A stretch of DNA of 64,000 nt from an uncultured cyanobacterium (GCA_963744145.1 CAVUSO010000001.1:4960001-5024000); one strand, 5' to 3'. Counted from the first letter of the stretch, positions 40,201-51,068 are shown. Program-made: numbers and translations. Notes: generated by a model not told the origin, from the letters alone.

Positions 40201-42608
40201 CTTACAAATGTCGTACCTATTTTATTGTTCATAGCTATATTAGCCATTGGAAGAATTCTCTCAGTAGTAGATTGCCATTCTTCCAAGAAGCATATCAAGT
40301 GGGCTTAGAAACAGGTGACTTAGAGTCGAGTGCGTTAAATGCTCAAATGTATTGTGCCTATGCTTACTTTGCGGGTAACGAATTAACAACTCTGGCAACT
40401 GAGATGGAAACCTATCGACAGGGACTCTTACAGCTCAAACAAGAAACAGCACTCAATTTTCAAGCAATCTATCATCAAGCTGTTTTAAATTTGCTTGGAC
40501 GTTCAGTTGATGTCTGTCAATTAGATGGTGAAGTCTATCAGGAAACGCAAACACTGCCAATTCTTCAGCAATTAAACTTCCATACTGCTCTCTACTACTT
40601 GTACTACAACAAAACTGTTCTCTGCTACCTATTCAGACAATATCAGCAAGCAGCAGATTGTGCCGTGTTAGCTGAGTCATATTCTGATGGTATGGTTGGG
40701 ATGTTTGCCGTACCGCTTTTCTGTTTTTATAGCTCTCTGATCTATTTAGAATTATCTGGATCGATTACTGAATTTGAACAACATCAGTATCTAGAAAAAG
40801 TTAGGAGCAATCAAGAGAAGCTAAAGCGATGGTCAGAATATTCACCCATGAATCATCTACATAAATGGTATTTGGTTGAAGCCGAAAAAAATCGAGTTTT
40901 CGGTAATAAAAATCAAGCAATTGAATATTACGATCGGGCTATTTCCGGTGCTAAAGAAAATCAATTCCTTCATGAAGAAGCATTAGCCAATGAACTAACG
41001 GCGAAATTCTACTGGGAATGGAATAAAGAAAAAGTCGCTCAAGCTTATATGATTGAGGCGTATTATTGCTATGCTCGATGGGGAGCCACAGCTAAAGTAC
41101 AAGATTTAGAACAACGTTATCCTCAATTACTTACTCCCATCACCAAGCAATCTCGTTCTTCTATCTCCTTCGAGGGAACTATCTCTCAAGGAATAGGATC
41201 TTCTAACTGTTCTTCTACTAGCATTTCTGAAGCTCTAGATTTAGCAGCTATTCTCAAATCCTCTCAAGCCATTTCAGTCGAGATTGAACTCAATCAACTT
41301 CTTACTACTCTCCTTAAAATAGTCATTACCAATGCTGGTGCTGATAAATGTGTCTTATTACTCAAACAAGATAGTTCATTACAAGTAGTAGCTATTATTG
41401 AAGAGGGACAATCACCGCAACTATTACCACAAATTCCGCTAGAATTAAGTCAGGATGTGGCAATTAGTTTGGTAAATACTGTCAAAAATAGTTTAGAAAC
41501 TTTAGTCATAGTTGATCCGAACATAAATTCGCTGTTGGTGGGCGATCGCTATTTTGAACAACACCAACCTCAAAGTATTCTTTGTACTCCAATTCTCCAT
41601 CAAGGTCAGTTAATCGGAATTTTATACTTAGAAAATAATCTGACCTTTGGAGCATTTACAAGTGAGCGGGTTAAAGTGTTGAATTTAATTTGTTCTCAAG
41701 CTGCTATTTCCTTAGAAAATGCCCGTCTATATCAAGCATCTCAACAAGCATTAACTGAACTAAAACAAGCCCAATTAAAGATAGTCCAAAGTGAAAAAAT
41801 GTCGGCTTTAGGTAATTTAGTTGCTGGTGTCGCTCACGAGATTAATAATCCGATTGGGTTCCTGGCTGGTAATATTAATCCAGCTTTAGACTATATCAAT
41901 GATTTGTTTGAATTAATCAATCTATTTCAGCAAAAATTTCCCCAACTAGATCCAGATATTGAAGCAAAAATCGCCACAATTCATCTGGATTATATTCGAG
42001 AAGATTTACCGAAGTTGATTGGCTCAATGAAGGAAGGAGTGAAGCGGATTAAAGATATTAGTATTAGTCTCAGAACTTTTTCCCGTGCAGATAGCGATCG
42101 CCCGATTTCTGCTAATATCGAGGATGGGATCAATAGTACCATTATGATCCTGAAGCATCGCTTAAAAGCAACGGAATGTCGTCCGGAGATTCAAATAATC
42201 AAAGATTATGGTGATTTACCACCAGTAGAGTGCTATCCAGGACAGCTCAATCAAGTGTTTATGAATCTTTTAGCTAATGCGATCGATGCTCTGGATGAAT
42301 CCAATCTTGGACGGAGTTTTACCGAGATTCAAACTCATCCTAATCAAATTATCATTCAGACTGAGTTATCTGGCGATCGCCAATGGGCAATCATTAAAAT
42401 TTGTGACAATGGAATTGGGATGACTGATCAGGTAAAATCGAAAATATTTGACCATTTATTTACTACCAAAGAAGTTAGTAAAGGGACAGGTTTAGGATTA
42501 GCGATCGCCCGGGAAATTATTGTGGAAAAACACGCTGGGACAATAGAGGTAAATTCAACTTTAGGTCAAGGGACGGAGTTTGTGATTACCATTCCGATCA
42601 AAGCATAA
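37215..42608 (+). CDS. Trifunctional Ser/Thr kinase, AAA ATPase, GAF and histidine kinase (HstK-like)
   Basis: HKDIKPSN, IDFSIA, GFSGIGKT, FLDDLQWAD, GAF, AHEINNP and GTGLGL. Confidence 0.93.
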   Translation: MIKINTLLGYQITEQIYAGTRTIVYRGVRESVGTDPQCKNPQPVIIKLLQNDYPTFSELLQFRNQYTITKNLNSPLIIQTYSLEPYQNSYGLVMEDFGGISLHQWAVTGEKSLSLREFLELAIALCDSLALLDRERIIHKDIKPSNILINPETNQVKLIDFSIASLLPREPQTLISPNGLEGTLAYISPEQTGRMNRGIDYRTDLYSLGVTFYELLTKELPFQTNDPMELVYCHMAKTAPQVHEIKPEIPAIISEIVRKLMAKNAEDRYQSALGLKFDLETCLGQLQEHGEIKSFPIAQRDVSDRFMIPDQLYGRETEVETLLQAFERVSTGNTEMMLVAGFSGIGKTAVINEVHKPIVRQRGYFIKGKYDQFQRNIPFSAFVQAFRDLIGQLYSESEAQLQTWQSQILTAVGENGQVLIEVIPELENIIGKQPPLPELSGNAAQNRFNLLMQKFVQVFTSKKHPLVIFLDDLQWADSASLNLLQLLMQDTGHLLILGAYRDNEVFPAHPLLLTVDKIVKAGAIVNKITLLPLSKLDTKRLVTDTLNCDSSLAKPLTKLIYQKTQGNPFFITQFLKALYDDQIITFDWETQHWQCDIAQVKILAITNDVVEFMTLQLQKLPTQTQDILKLAACIGTQFDLNTLIIVSEKSAGMTATILWKALQEEFIIPITKIYKLFTQSADQEVFQVSVNPTYRFLHDRVQQAAYSLIPDEQKQSTHLKIGQLLLKNTSVEEREEHIFTIVNQLNSGKDLITQTAERDQLVQLNLIAAQKAKISTAYGAATEYLEICIHFLPEDSWKSQTDLTRTIYELAAEVAYLSTNYQQMEQLVELILSHTDNLIDKIRVYEIKMLGVKAQAQLRESLQIGLQILQFLGIEFPAQPTPDDIGEALERTLLTWKNRSILSLLNLPVMTDPIKLAAMRILTQMIAPAYQSFPILMPLLIFKQIELSISSGNCEISAFSYADYGLVLCGIVGDLAAGYQFGQLALTVLDRFQVKAYKCRTYFIVHSYISHWKNSLSSRLPFFQEAYQVGLETGDLESSALNAQMYCAYAYFAGNELTTLATEMETYRQGLLQLKQETALNFQAIYHQAVLNLLGRSVDVCQLDGEVYQETQTLPILQQLNFHTALYYLYYNKTVLCYLFRQYQQAADCAVLAESYSDGMVGMFAVPLFCFYSSLIYLELSGSITEFEQHQYLEKVRSNQEKLKRWSEYSPMNHLHKWYLVEAEKNRVFGNKNQAIEYYDRAISGAKENQFLHEEALANELTAKFYWEWNKEKVAQAYMIEAYYCYARWGATAKVQDLEQRYPQLLTPITKQSRSSISFEGTISQGIGSSNCSSTSISEALDLAAILKSSQAISVEIELNQLLTTLLKIVITNAGADKCVLLLKQDSSLQVVAIIEEGQSPQLLPQIPLELSQDVAISLVNTVKNSLETLVIVDPNINSLLVGDRYFEQHQPQSILCTPILHQGQLIGILYLENNLTFGAFTSERVKVLNLICSQAAISLENARLYQASQQALTELKQAQLKIVQSEKMSALGNLVAGVAHEINNPIGFLAGNINPALDYINDLFELINLFQQKFPQLDPDIEAKIATIHLDYIREDLPKLIGSMKEGVKRIKDISISLRTFSRADSDRPISANIEDGINSTIMILKHRLKATECRPEIQIIKDYGDLPPVECYPGQLNQVFMNLLANAIDALDESNLGRSFTEIQTHPNQIIIQTELSGDRQWAIIKICDNGIGMTDQVKSKIFDHLFTTKEVSKGTGLGLAIAREIIVEKHAGTIEVNSTLGQGTEFVITIPIKA

Positions 42609-42631
42609 AGCCTATTCCAGGTTGATGAAGT
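42609..42631 (+). repeat. Solo terminal inverted repeat of the TA-flanked MITE family
   Basis: AGCCTATTCCAGGTTGATGAAGT matches the ends of 51069-51418. Confidence 0.7.
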
Positions 42632-42703
42632 CCAGGAGCAGCAGTTGGTAAAATAGTGTTTGAAATGCTCGCCATAATTCGATCGGGTTAAAGTCGCTCA
42701 CTA

Positions 42704-43285
42704 TCAAATATTAGACAAAATCCAATCAACTGCAACTGGTAAATCAGGCGCAATAAAATGTGGTTTAGTATAGTGTTGATAATCACCTCCAAGCACGCGA
42801 TCGCCATAACCAGTTTTAACTAAAATTCCTGTACAACCTGCATTATGAGCTAGATCCACATCAGTAGCTTTATCTCCCACCATAAAACTTTTAGTTAATT
42901 CTAAATCATGTTCCCATGCCGCAGCTACTAACATTCCTGTATTTGGTTTGCGCCATGTACTCCACCGATTAAATTCAGGATTAATTCCTCCTTCAGGTGG
43001 ACTCAAATAAGGACAATAATATAGTGCATCTAATTTAGCACCTGCTTCCACATCTAACAGTTGGATTAAACGTTGATGTAAAGCTTCGATATGATCAACG
43101 GGATAATAACCTCGAGCCGGACCTGCTTGATTAGACACCATGCAACAAAAAATTTGTTGATCATTTAATTTTCGCACAGCTTGGGCAACACCTGGAATTA
43201 AATTCAAATCTTCTAACCGATGGATATAACCAACTTCAATATTCAGGACTCCATCGCGGTCTAAAAATACAGCAAGTTGAGACAT
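42704..43285 (-). CDS. gmhB: D-glycero-D-manno-heptose-1,7-bisphosphate phosphatase (HAD IIIA)
   Basis: FLDRDGVLN, SNQ, RKPNTGM and MVGDKATD. Confidence 0.85.
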   Translation of the reverse strand: MSQLAVFLDRDGVLNIEVGYIHRLEDLNLIPGVAQAVRKLNDQQIFCCMVSNQAGPARGYYPVDHIEALHQRLIQLLDVEAGAKLDALYYCPYLSPPEGGINPEFNRWSTWRKPNTGMLVAAAWEHDLELTKSFMVGDKATDVDLAHNAGCTGILVKTGYGDRVLGGDYQHYTKPHFIAPDLPVAVDWILSNI

Positions 43286-43324
43286 TTTTAACTAAAATTA
43301 GCAAATTTTTGGTGTACTATAATG

Positions 43325-43450
43325 ACCTCTCCCCCAATCCCTCTCCTCAGAGGAAAGAGGAGTAGAATGACTCCGATTAAATCTCCCATAAATTTAATCA
43401 GCTTAATTGCTCCCCCTTCCCTAAAAGGGAAGGGGGTTGGGGGGTTAGGT
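43325..43450. repeat. Cyanobacterial REP-like palindromic intergenic element
   Basis: ACCTCTCCCCCAATCCC...GGGGTTGGGGGGTTAGGT with an internal hairpin CCCCCTTCCCT-AAA-AGGGAAGGGGG. Confidence 0.65.
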
Positions 43451-43533
43451 CGATCATGGGAGAATCGAGTATCAAACAGCCCTGCTAGAATTTACCATTT
43501 TAATTTAGGTAAATCTAGGTATTTCAGCTTCTG

Positions 43534-44496
43534 CTACTTACCCCAAATTTTAGCCAATACTGTTGCTGGTGAGATATCTGCCATTTTACCAGTAGGTGAT
43601 TTAATTGCCAAAAACTTATCATTCTTGGGCAATAATTTCTCTGGATCTGTTGGACCAAACAGAGCAATAGTATAAGTTTGTACTGCTACAGCGATGTGCA
43701 TGGGAGCGCTATCCGTACATATCATTAAATTGGCAGAGGCAATCATCCCTGCTAGTTTACCAATATCTGCGGGTGATGTTACCTTTAAACCTGGACAAGA
43801 TTGCAGCAATTTACTTACAAATTCTTGATCTTCTGGTCCTTGCACTAACACAACTGGTATTTCTGGTTGTCGTTGCTGCAAGTTTTGAATAATTTGTTGC
43901 CAATTGTTACTGGAGTAAATTTTATCAATCCCTTTGATCACAGCTAACTCACTAGATCCACCATGAATTAAAATGTAGCCGCTATCCCGAATTCCCAGCT
44001 TTTTCTGTTCAGCTTCAGCCCAATCTAAATCGGATTTAGGTACATTTAAAGCTAGTTCTGGACAAGGGTGATTAATTCCTAAACCTTGCAATAAATCGTG
44101 ATACATCCAAGCTGCATACTGGTTAGGTTTTAAAGGTACAGAATTAGTCAGAAATCTAGAATCTCCACTCTTACCATAACCAATCCGAATCGGAATTCCT
44201 GTTAACCATAACAATAGTCCAACAGTCCAACGTTGTCCTAAGGACAAGACAACTTCATATTCGCGCTCGCGGATAATCCCTAATAAGTTTGCCCAATCAG
44301 CTAAACCATTACGACTTTTAAAATCATAGCCAATGACATCGTTAACTGACTGGCAAACCCGATAAGCAGTTTTTGCTCTTGGTTCAACAATAACATCTAT
44401 TTGGGCATCTGGATAATAGCGTTTGAGGTCATCCAGGGTTGGGAAAAATAAAATTTGATCACCAATCCCACCGGGAACAAGAGCCACTATTCGCAT
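43534..44496 (-). CDS. Glycosyltransferase family 9 (heptosyltransferase-like)
   Basis: GGIGDQIL, DSAPMHIA and ALFGPT; adjacent to gmhB. Confidence 0.88.
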   Translation of the reverse strand: MRIVALVPGGIGDQILFFPTLDDLKRYYPDAQIDVIVEPRAKTAYRVCQSVNDVIGYDFKSRNGLADWANLLGIIREREYEVVLSLGQRWTVGLLLWLTGIPIRIGYGKSGDSRFLTNSVPLKPNQYAAWMYHDLLQGLGINHPCPELALNVPKSDLDWAEAEQKKLGIRDSGYILIHGGSSELAVIKGIDKIYSSNNWQQIIQNLQQRQPEIPVVLVQGPEDQEFVSKLLQSCPGLKVTSPADIGKLAGMIASANLMICTDSAPMHIAVAVQTYTIALFGPTDPEKLLPKNDKFLAIKSPTGKMADISPATVLAKIWGK

Positions 44497-44571
44497 AAAT
44501 ATGTACCTATTTTGCAAAGATCAGGATCATTCAGTCTCTTAAAATATAACTATTTGGGCTAAGAACGCTGC

Positions 44572-45267
44572 ATGTATTTATTAATTCCTGCTGCTGGAAT
44601 GGGACGTCGGATGGGTAGCGATCGCAATAAATTGCTCCTGACTTTACTGGGTAAACCTTTGATTGCTTGGACTCTGAGTGCTGCTGAAGCGTCTCGTCAA
44701 ATTACCTGGATTGGGATTATTGGTCAACCAGAAGATTGGTCAGATTTTCACGAAATTTTAGACAATCTATCATTAAGCAAACCAGTACAGCTAATTCAGG
44801 GGGGTGCTACTCGTCAGGAATCAGTTTATCAAGGTTTGCAAGGTCTACCACCAAGTGCTCAAAAGGTATTAATCCATGATGGGGCTCGCTGTTTAGCTAC
44901 ACCAAATTTATTTGATCGATGTGCAGAAGCACTTGCGGGATATTCGGGTTTAATTGCGGCTGTCCCAGTCAAGGATACCATTAAAATTGTGGATGAAAAG
45001 GGTATAATTAAGGCGACACCAGACCGTAAAGATTTGTGGGCTGCCCAGACTCCGCAAGGTTTTGTCGTCCAACTATTGAAAGATTGTCACGAAAAAGGAC
45101 GACAGGAAGGTTGGGAAGTCACGGATGATGCTGCTTTATTTGAAAGATGTAGTTTATCTGTGCGTGTGGTGGAGGGAGAAGAGACCAATTTAAAAATCAC
45201 TACTCCGGTCGATTTAGCGATCGCAGAATTTATCCTCCGTCAACGAACTAGCTCCTTGATGGGTTAG
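44572..45267 (+). CDS. ispD: 2-C-methyl-D-erythritol 4-phosphate cytidylyltransferase
   Basis: PAAGMGRRMG, GGATRQES, IHDGAR, QTPQGF, TDD and NLKITTP. Confidence 0.95.
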   Translation: MYLLIPAAGMGRRMGSDRNKLLLTLLGKPLIAWTLSAAEASRQITWIGIIGQPEDWSDFHEILDNLSLSKPVQLIQGGATRQESVYQGLQGLPPSAQKVLIHDGARCLATPNLFDRCAEALAGYSGLIAAVPVKDTIKIVDEKGIIKATPDRKDLWAAQTPQGFVVQLLKDCHEKGRQEGWEVTDDAALFERCSLSVRVVEGEETNLKITTPVDLAIAEFILRQRTSSLMG

Positions 45268-47099
45268 TTTTTCAGTGCTGGCAAAAATCGAATTGGAGTA
45301 TGGGTGATGAGTTGCTGAATTTCTGTTGCTGTTTGTTCTGGGGTAAGAGCGGTCATAGTTAACAAAAATTTCACAATTGCAAAAGCCGGGGTTTTTGTCA
45401 AAAAGTAGCCTCCATGCACATCGATTTTTCCAGCAAAGAAAAAGGCAATATTGATCAGATCAATGATGATCCCATTGCTGCTATTTAATTGCCAACTAAC
45501 TTGACCAACTTCCGGCATTTCTGAGCAATCAATATAATTAAATTGTTCAAATAGTTCTAACCCAGAAGTTGGAGATACAATTGGTTGGGAATGAATGATA
45601 TTCCGCACCAAAGGAGTATACTGGTGCGGAACGGTTTCTGTTGTTGTTGGTTGGAGATAAATATTCCCTAGACGTAAACCAGACATATCTAAACTTGGTT
45701 CAGTAGACCAGTTAGCAAACGTGGAAAGATAGCGCAACACAATATCGCGATCGCTTGACATTAAATAAAGGTTCTGACAGCGATTAATGGCTGAATGGAC
45801 ATAATTATTTCTGCCATCGCGAATAAATTCCAATGGGATATCTGGAGCGACTAAAATTAATTGATCTAATTGCAAATTATCGCCGATTTGGCTGGCTGTT
45901 TCTGGGGAGTCATCTTTACCAAAACGATCTGAAAGTACCCGAAGTGCATCTATTATGGTTAAACAACCCATACTATGTCCAACTAAATTAACTATGATTG
46001 GTATAGTTGATGAAGCTGGAGTTTTATTCCGGTTAATTTGATGATCTAAACGCCAAAAAAATTCAGCTAAATCGGGGGAGCCATAGTGAATTGCTCGATA
46101 GCGATCGCGTTGATAAACTGTCAAACGTAACAATTGAAATAATAACCCCCAGAACATAAACAGTGTGGGGACAATCCAATACCAACGTACTGCATAAACA
46201 GCTACCTGAGCAAATTCAGTCCATGCCCAAATTTGGGAAATACCAGCCCAAGATCCCATCCAAATTAGCAGCGGAATTGCTAACAATTTCAGGAAGATAA
46301 ATAATCCAGTACCAGCTATTCCAGCTATTCCACTCAGGATAAATAAAAACTTGAAGATTATGCCCCAATTTTGAAAAATATCAATCCATAAACTAGGACT
46401 GGTAATTGGTTGCTCGCTTGGCCAACAGTAGCCAATCAAAAAGTGTTCAGATTTGAGGGTATTGCTAGGATTAGAACTGGGCAAATTTAATTCATCAGCT
46501 TCCTGAGCAAAATTGTGATAAAATTCTGGAGCTGGAGTACCATAACCGTGAGTACGTAAAGTTAATTCCTCACCAGAACTTTCCTGAATAATTTGAGCTA
46601 ATTCGTTAATATTAAAGAGAGGTCTCCATTGTGAAAGGGGAGGTAACTGTCGATCTATGTTTCGGGAAATAGAAGCAGTGCTAGTCACGAGAAAAATATT
46701 ATGATGATTTCGACTAGCATAGACCTCAAAATTACGGCTAATTGCTTGGCTAAATTGCCGATCGTGCCAGCTATTGAGAGTTTTAACTACATATTCTTCA
46801 TTTAATTGTGCTGCTAATACCGGAGATTGGGTTAAATCATAGCGATCGCGCAAAGTTTCGGCAATCTCGATCGCACTAGTCAATCCAGCATAGATTGGTA
46901 ATTCATCAATTGTCTGGGTGATCGTTGCTACCGGAGTCCGATATGCTAACTGAACAATTCGGGTTTTGATCCACCAATCCGAACCAGGAGCAGCATTACG
47001 AATAATTGATTCTAACCAGTCGCGATCGTCTTTACCAGTTTGGTTAGATTCATTATGCCAATCAAAGGGCAGATGGTCGTAACTTGGTTTAATTCCCAT
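45264..47099 (-). CDS. Membrane-associated alpha/beta hydrolase (DUF900-like)
   Basis: THGY, YCWPS, VGHSMG nucleophile elbow, LVAPDI, DIVL, HGGYF and TM segments. Confidence 0.7.
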   Translation of the reverse strand: MGIKPSYDHLPFDWHNESNQTGKDDRDWLESIIRNAAPGSDWWIKTRIVQLAYRTPVATITQTIDELPIYAGLTSAIEIAETLRDRYDLTQSPVLAAQLNEEYVVKTLNSWHDRQFSQAISRNFEVYASRNHHNIFLVTSTASISRNIDRQLPPLSQWRPLFNINELAQIIQESSGEELTLRTHGYGTPAPEFYHNFAQEADELNLPSSNPSNTLKSEHFLIGYCWPSEQPITSPSLWIDIFQNWGIIFKFLFILSGIAGIAGTGLFIFLKLLAIPLLIWMGSWAGISQIWAWTEFAQVAVYAVRWYWIVPTLFMFWGLLFQLLRLTVYQRDRYRAIHYGSPDLAEFFWRLDHQINRNKTPASSTIPIIVNLVGHSMGCLTIIDALRVLSDRFGKDDSPETASQIGDNLQLDQLILVAPDIPLEFIRDGRNNYVHSAINRCQNLYLMSSDRDIVLRYLSTFANWSTEPSLDMSGLRLGNIYLQPTTTETVPHQYTPLVRNIIHSQPIVSPTSGLELFEQFNYIDCSEMPEVGQVSWQLNSSNGIIIDLINIAFFFAGKIDVHGGYFLTKTPAFAIVKFLLTMTALTPEQTATEIQQLITHTPIRFLPALKN

Positions 47100-47252
47100 A
47101 TTTTCATCTAAGTTGATAAATGGTAATTCTGATCTGATTTATTATGATGTACTTTTTACCTGATGATGAAGATTTAGTGTTTCCACTAGCATTAATAGTA
47201 ATTAATAAGGTAAAATATGGTGCCCAAGATGGATTGAGAGGTTAGGCAAAAA

Positions 47253-48005
47253 TTGATTATGTTAGGGGCACCAAAAAAAATTTCCGTATTCGGTCTACCA
47301 GTGCATCTGCTCGAAAATTATTCTGACTGGTTAAGCTCGCGTTGGCAAGAAAATTTAGGGGGCCATGTGGTCACGCTGAACGCAGAAATGACGATTGAAG
47401 CAGAAAAAAATGCCAATTTAGCCGAGATCATTAATCAAGCGGATTTAGTGATTCCGGATGGTGCAGGAATAGTGCTGTACTTGCGTCTCCAAGGTGAAAA
47501 AGTTCAGCGTTGTCCTGGAATTGAATTAGCTGAATCGCTACTGGTAAAAGCTGGACAGAAAGAATCTGGTAGCGTGTTTTTCTATGGAGGTATCCCAGGG
47601 ATAGCCGAAACCGCTGCAATGCTATGGAAACAGCGATTACCAGGATTAAAGATTGCAGGAACTCAACATGGCTATAATTCTGCGATCGAAGCAGAAGAAT
47701 TGAACCAAAAATTACAACAGTTTCAGCCCAGGTTGATTTTAGTGGGCTTGGGTGCGCCGCGTCAAGAATTTTGGATTGCGGAACATCGTTATTTGTGTCC
47801 AGATGCAATTTGGATTGGCATCGGCGGTAGTATGGATATTTGGGCAGGAGTTAAATCTCGGGCACCAGTTTGGTTACGGGACAATCATCTTGAATGGTTT
47901 TATCGACTTTATCAAGAACCCTATCGCTGGAAAAGAATGCTAGCTTTACCAAAGTTCGCTTGGAAAGCTTTGTTATATCAGATCAGCATCATGATCAATA
48001 TTTAG
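47253..48005 (+). CDS. WecB/TagA/CpsF glycosyltransferase
   Basis: TLNAE, IPDGAG, VGLGAPRQE and LEWFYRLYQEP.RWKR. Confidence 0.92.
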   Translation: MIMLGAPKKISVFGLPVHLLENYSDWLSSRWQENLGGHVVTLNAEMTIEAEKNANLAEIINQADLVIPDGAGIVLYLRLQGEKVQRCPGIELAESLLVKAGQKESGSVFFYGGIPGIAETAAMLWKQRLPGLKIAGTQHGYNSAIEAEELNQKLQQFQPRLILVGLGAPRQEFWIAEHRYLCPDAIWIGIGGSMDIWAGVKSRAPVWLRDNHLEWFYRLYQEPYRWKRMLALPKFAWKALLYQISIMINI

Positions 48006-48050
48006 TTAGAGCGGTTGTCCCCTCCAAATTCAAGGAGATTAAGGTATTTT

Positions 48051-49007
48051 ATGAAAAGTGTCATTCCCGAAATAGATAACATCAACCGTCAGCTAATGAG
48101 TATAGATAAATCAAAAAAACCAAAAATGCTGGTTGTCGATGACGAACCAGATAATCTTGATCTCCTATACCGAACCTTCCGACGCGATTTTCAAGTGCTT
48201 AGAGCAGATAGTGGTGTTCGGGCCGTAGAAGTCTTGGAAAATGAAGGTGAAGTAGCAGTGATCATATCCGATCAGCGGATGCCGGAAATGAAAGGAACTG
48301 AATTTCTGAAGAAAACCCTACCTAATTTTCCCAATACAGTCCGGATTATCTTAACCGGTTTTACTGATGTGGAGGATTTGGTGGAAGCCATTAATTCGGG
48401 CCAAGTCTATAAGTACATCACCAAACCCTGGGACCCAAATGAGTTAAAAGTAGTAGTCCAACGAGCCGCAGAAACCTACGAAATTCTGAAACAAAGGACA
48501 GAAGAACTACACCGCGCTCAAGCTCAAACAGCTCTGTTAGCCACCGTGGTAAAAGTAGCTCAAGAATTTACTACCATAGAAGCTTGTTTATCACCAATTG
48601 CTGAGGCATTTGGCCAAAATTTTAATGCGGATGGCTGCATTTTACAATTGGTCGAAGGTACTACTCTGACATCAGAACAGGGAATTTATAGTGCTGATGG
48701 TCAGTGCAAAAACTGGTTAGCAGATGATCCCTTAACTAATCAAGCGATCGCGACTAAGCAAATGCAAATAGTTCTGGATGTCACGAGTAATAAATCTTTA
48801 GCTGAGGTGGGACATTACCAAGCATCAGGAGTTAAAAGTCATTTCGTGATCCCCATTACTTACCGCGATGACTTGTTAGGTATTTTATCACTCCAATGGA
48901 AAAATCCCTGCCAGTTGCGGGAAGATGAAGTAATTTTAATTCATTTGTCTGCTCAACAGGTAGCGATCGCGCTCAATTGTGCTAAGTTCTATGGGAAAAA
49001 TTCATAG
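48051..49007 (+). CDS. Response regulator (REC plus GAF)
   Basis: VVDDEPDN, IISDQRMP, YITKPW and a C-terminal GAF. Confidence 0.88.
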   Translation: MKSVIPEIDNINRQLMSIDKSKKPKMLVVDDEPDNLDLLYRTFRRDFQVLRADSGVRAVEVLENEGEVAVIISDQRMPEMKGTEFLKKTLPNFPNTVRIILTGFTDVEDLVEAINSGQVYKYITKPWDPNELKVVVQRAAETYEILKQRTEELHRAQAQTALLATVVKVAQEFTTIEACLSPIAEAFGQNFNADGCILQLVEGTTLTSEQGIYSADGQCKNWLADDPLTNQAIATKQMQIVLDVTSNKSLAEVGHYQASGVKSHFVIPITYRDDLLGILSLQWKNPCQLREDEVILIHLSAQQVAIALNCAKFYGKNS

Positions 49008-49010
49008 CTC

Positions 49011-49706
49011 ATGACCGATCTACCCATTCAGGATATTTTCAATCGGATTGCTCCAGTTTATGACCAACTAAATGATTGGTTAAGTTTGGGACTACATCGG
49101 ATCTGGAAACAGATGACAATTAAATGGAGTGAAGCTAGTCCAGGAGATCTATGTTTGGATGTTTGCTGTGGGAGCGGGGATTTGACCTGGATGTTAGCTC
49201 AACAAGTCGGGGTCACTGGACAGGTGATCGGGGTGGATTTTGCGACCTCACAGTTAGCGATCGCTAGAGAGCGATATGAAAACCGATATCCAAATTTTGC
49301 CATTACTTGGATGGAAGCAGATGCGCTGAGTTTACCTTTTCCTGATCACTATTTTGATGCAGTAACAATGGGTTATGGACTGCGAAACTTGAGGGATATT
49401 CCCCGTGGGATGAAAGAATTACACCGAGTTCTCAAACCAGGTGCTAAAGCTGCTATTTTAGACTTCCATCGTCCTAGTCATCCCCAACTCATCAGTTTTC
49501 AGCAGTGGTATTTGGACAATATTGTCGTCCCAACAGCCCAAAGATTTGGTCTGACCGCAGAATATGCCTATATTAGCTCTAGTTTAGCTAAATTTCTGAC
49601 CGGCCCAGAACAAGAGCAACTATCTCGTGAAATTGGATTTGCCAAAGCGATCCATTATCCGATGATGAATGGCATGATGGGAGTATTGGTAGTTACGAAA
49701 GTGTAG
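49011..49706 (+). CDS. menG: Demethylphylloquinone/ubiquinone methyltransferase (MenG/UbiE)
   Basis: IFNRIAPVYDQLN, LDVCCGSGD, GYGLRN and RVLKPG. Confidence 0.88.
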   Translation: MTDLPIQDIFNRIAPVYDQLNDWLSLGLHRIWKQMTIKWSEASPGDLCLDVCCGSGDLTWMLAQQVGVTGQVIGVDFATSQLAIARERYENRYPNFAITWMEADALSLPFPDHYFDAVTMGYGLRNLRDIPRGMKELHRVLKPGAKAAILDFHRPSHPQLISFQQWYLDNIVVPTAQRFGLTAEYAYISSSLAKFLTGPEQEQLSREIGFAKAIHYPMMNGMMGVLVVTKV

Positions 49707-49735
49707 CGCACTGATAGATAGTTGAAGTCATTGCC

Positions 49736-50968
49736 TTGAATTTCTCTGAACTCTGGATTTATTTCACCCCACCGATCGCTGGTGCAGTTATTGGCTATTT
49801 TACGAACGATATAGCCATTAAAATGCTATTTCGACCCTATCGTCCTTATTATCTGTTCAATCGTCAAGTCCCCTTTACCCCTGGTTTAATTCCCCATAAT
49901 CAGGAACGTTTAGCTAAAAGGATCTCTGATACGATCATGGGGTCGCTGTTGACCCCAGAGGAATTAGAAAATTTAGCCAGACGTTTGTTAGAAACTGAAA
50001 GGATGCAAGCGGCAATTTTATGGTTGCTGCAAATGGCGCTGGATCAAGTTAAACTAGATACTGAGCAAAAAACTGCCAAAATTGTGGCTGGGATTTTGCG
50101 AGATTTACTGGGACAAGGGTTACCTCGGATTTTAAAAGTATTAGCTAAAAGAGAAGATTTTTTAGAAGTCCAGTTAAATCAAATTTTTGACCAGGTTTTG
50201 TTAGAATTCCAGTTGAGTGAAGCCCAAGCTACTCAGCTATCTGATTGGTTACTCACAGTAGTATTACCTCCGGATGTATTGCGGCAAACCTTAATTGATT
50301 TTCTCACCGATCGCAATATTCAAACCATTGATGAAGGATTTCGGGAAAAGTCAAGTGGGACTTATTGGGTAGTCGCAAATTTACTGGGGTTAAGGAATAC
50401 CTTAACTCGTTTACGCACCTTTTGTTTGGATGAAAAAGAGGAAAGTAACGCTCGTTTAGCGGAATTAATTAGTTCTTTAGGACTGCGATCGCGCATGAAG
50501 GAATGGTGGCAAAATTTATCTTTACAAAATCTACCAGTTAGTACAGTCAGACAATTACGAAAAACTTTACGAGATAGTGTCCGATCTTATTTACAAACTC
50601 GCGGTACTGATGTATTGGAAGGATTAAGTAAATCAATTGATTGGGAAAATGTAGCTAGTTTAATTCTGGCTCGATTGCAATCTTCTAGAATAGTTAGTAG
50701 TTCATTAGAGCTAGTCAGTCAGGAATTAGCTTTAATTTTAGAGCGTTATTTAGAAAAAGATTTAGAAAAAATTGTAGCTCAAGTAATTCCGATTTTAAAT
50801 ATTGACCAAGTAATTATCGATCGAGTCAAAGCCACATCTCCGCAAGATTTAGAATTAGCAATACAGGGAATTGTCAAAAGCGAATTACAAGGAATCGTTA
50901 ATTTAGGGGGAATTTTGGGATTATTAGTTGGTTTGATGCAAACTATCACGCTAGTCTTACAAAGATAA
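49736..50968 (+). CDS. DUF445 family membrane protein
   Basis: [23 protein letters not shown] and C-terminal [13 protein letters not shown]. Confidence 0.88.
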   Translation: MNFSELWIYFTPPIAGAVIGYFTNDIAIKMLFRPYRPYYLFNRQVPFTPGLIPHNQERLAKRISDTIMGSLLTPEELENLARRLLETERMQAAILWLLQMALDQVKLDTEQKTAKIVAGILRDLLGQGLPRILKVLAKREDFLEVQLNQIFDQVLLEFQLSEAQATQLSDWLLTVVLPPDVLRQTLIDFLTDRNIQTIDEGFREKSSGTYWVVANLLGLRNTLTRLRTFCLDEKEESNARLAELISSLGLRSRMKEWWQNLSLQNLPVSTVRQLRKTLRDSVRSYLQTRGTDVLEGLSKSIDWENVASLILARLQSSRIVSSSLELVSQELALILERYLEKDLEKIVAQVIPILNIDQVIIDRVKATSPQDLELAIQGIVKSELQGIVNLGGILGLLVGLMQTITLVLQR

Positions 50969-51068
50969 AAACTTATTTTTCTAGTAATCCGTTCAATTTT
51001 ATCCTCAATTTGCCAATTTCTGTAGGGGCACTCATCGTCCCTGATTCAGTAAATTTATAGCGTAAGTA

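Noticed and set aside
43322..43675. 117-aa ORF
   Set aside because: Reads through a REP-like element and antisense into the GT9 gene
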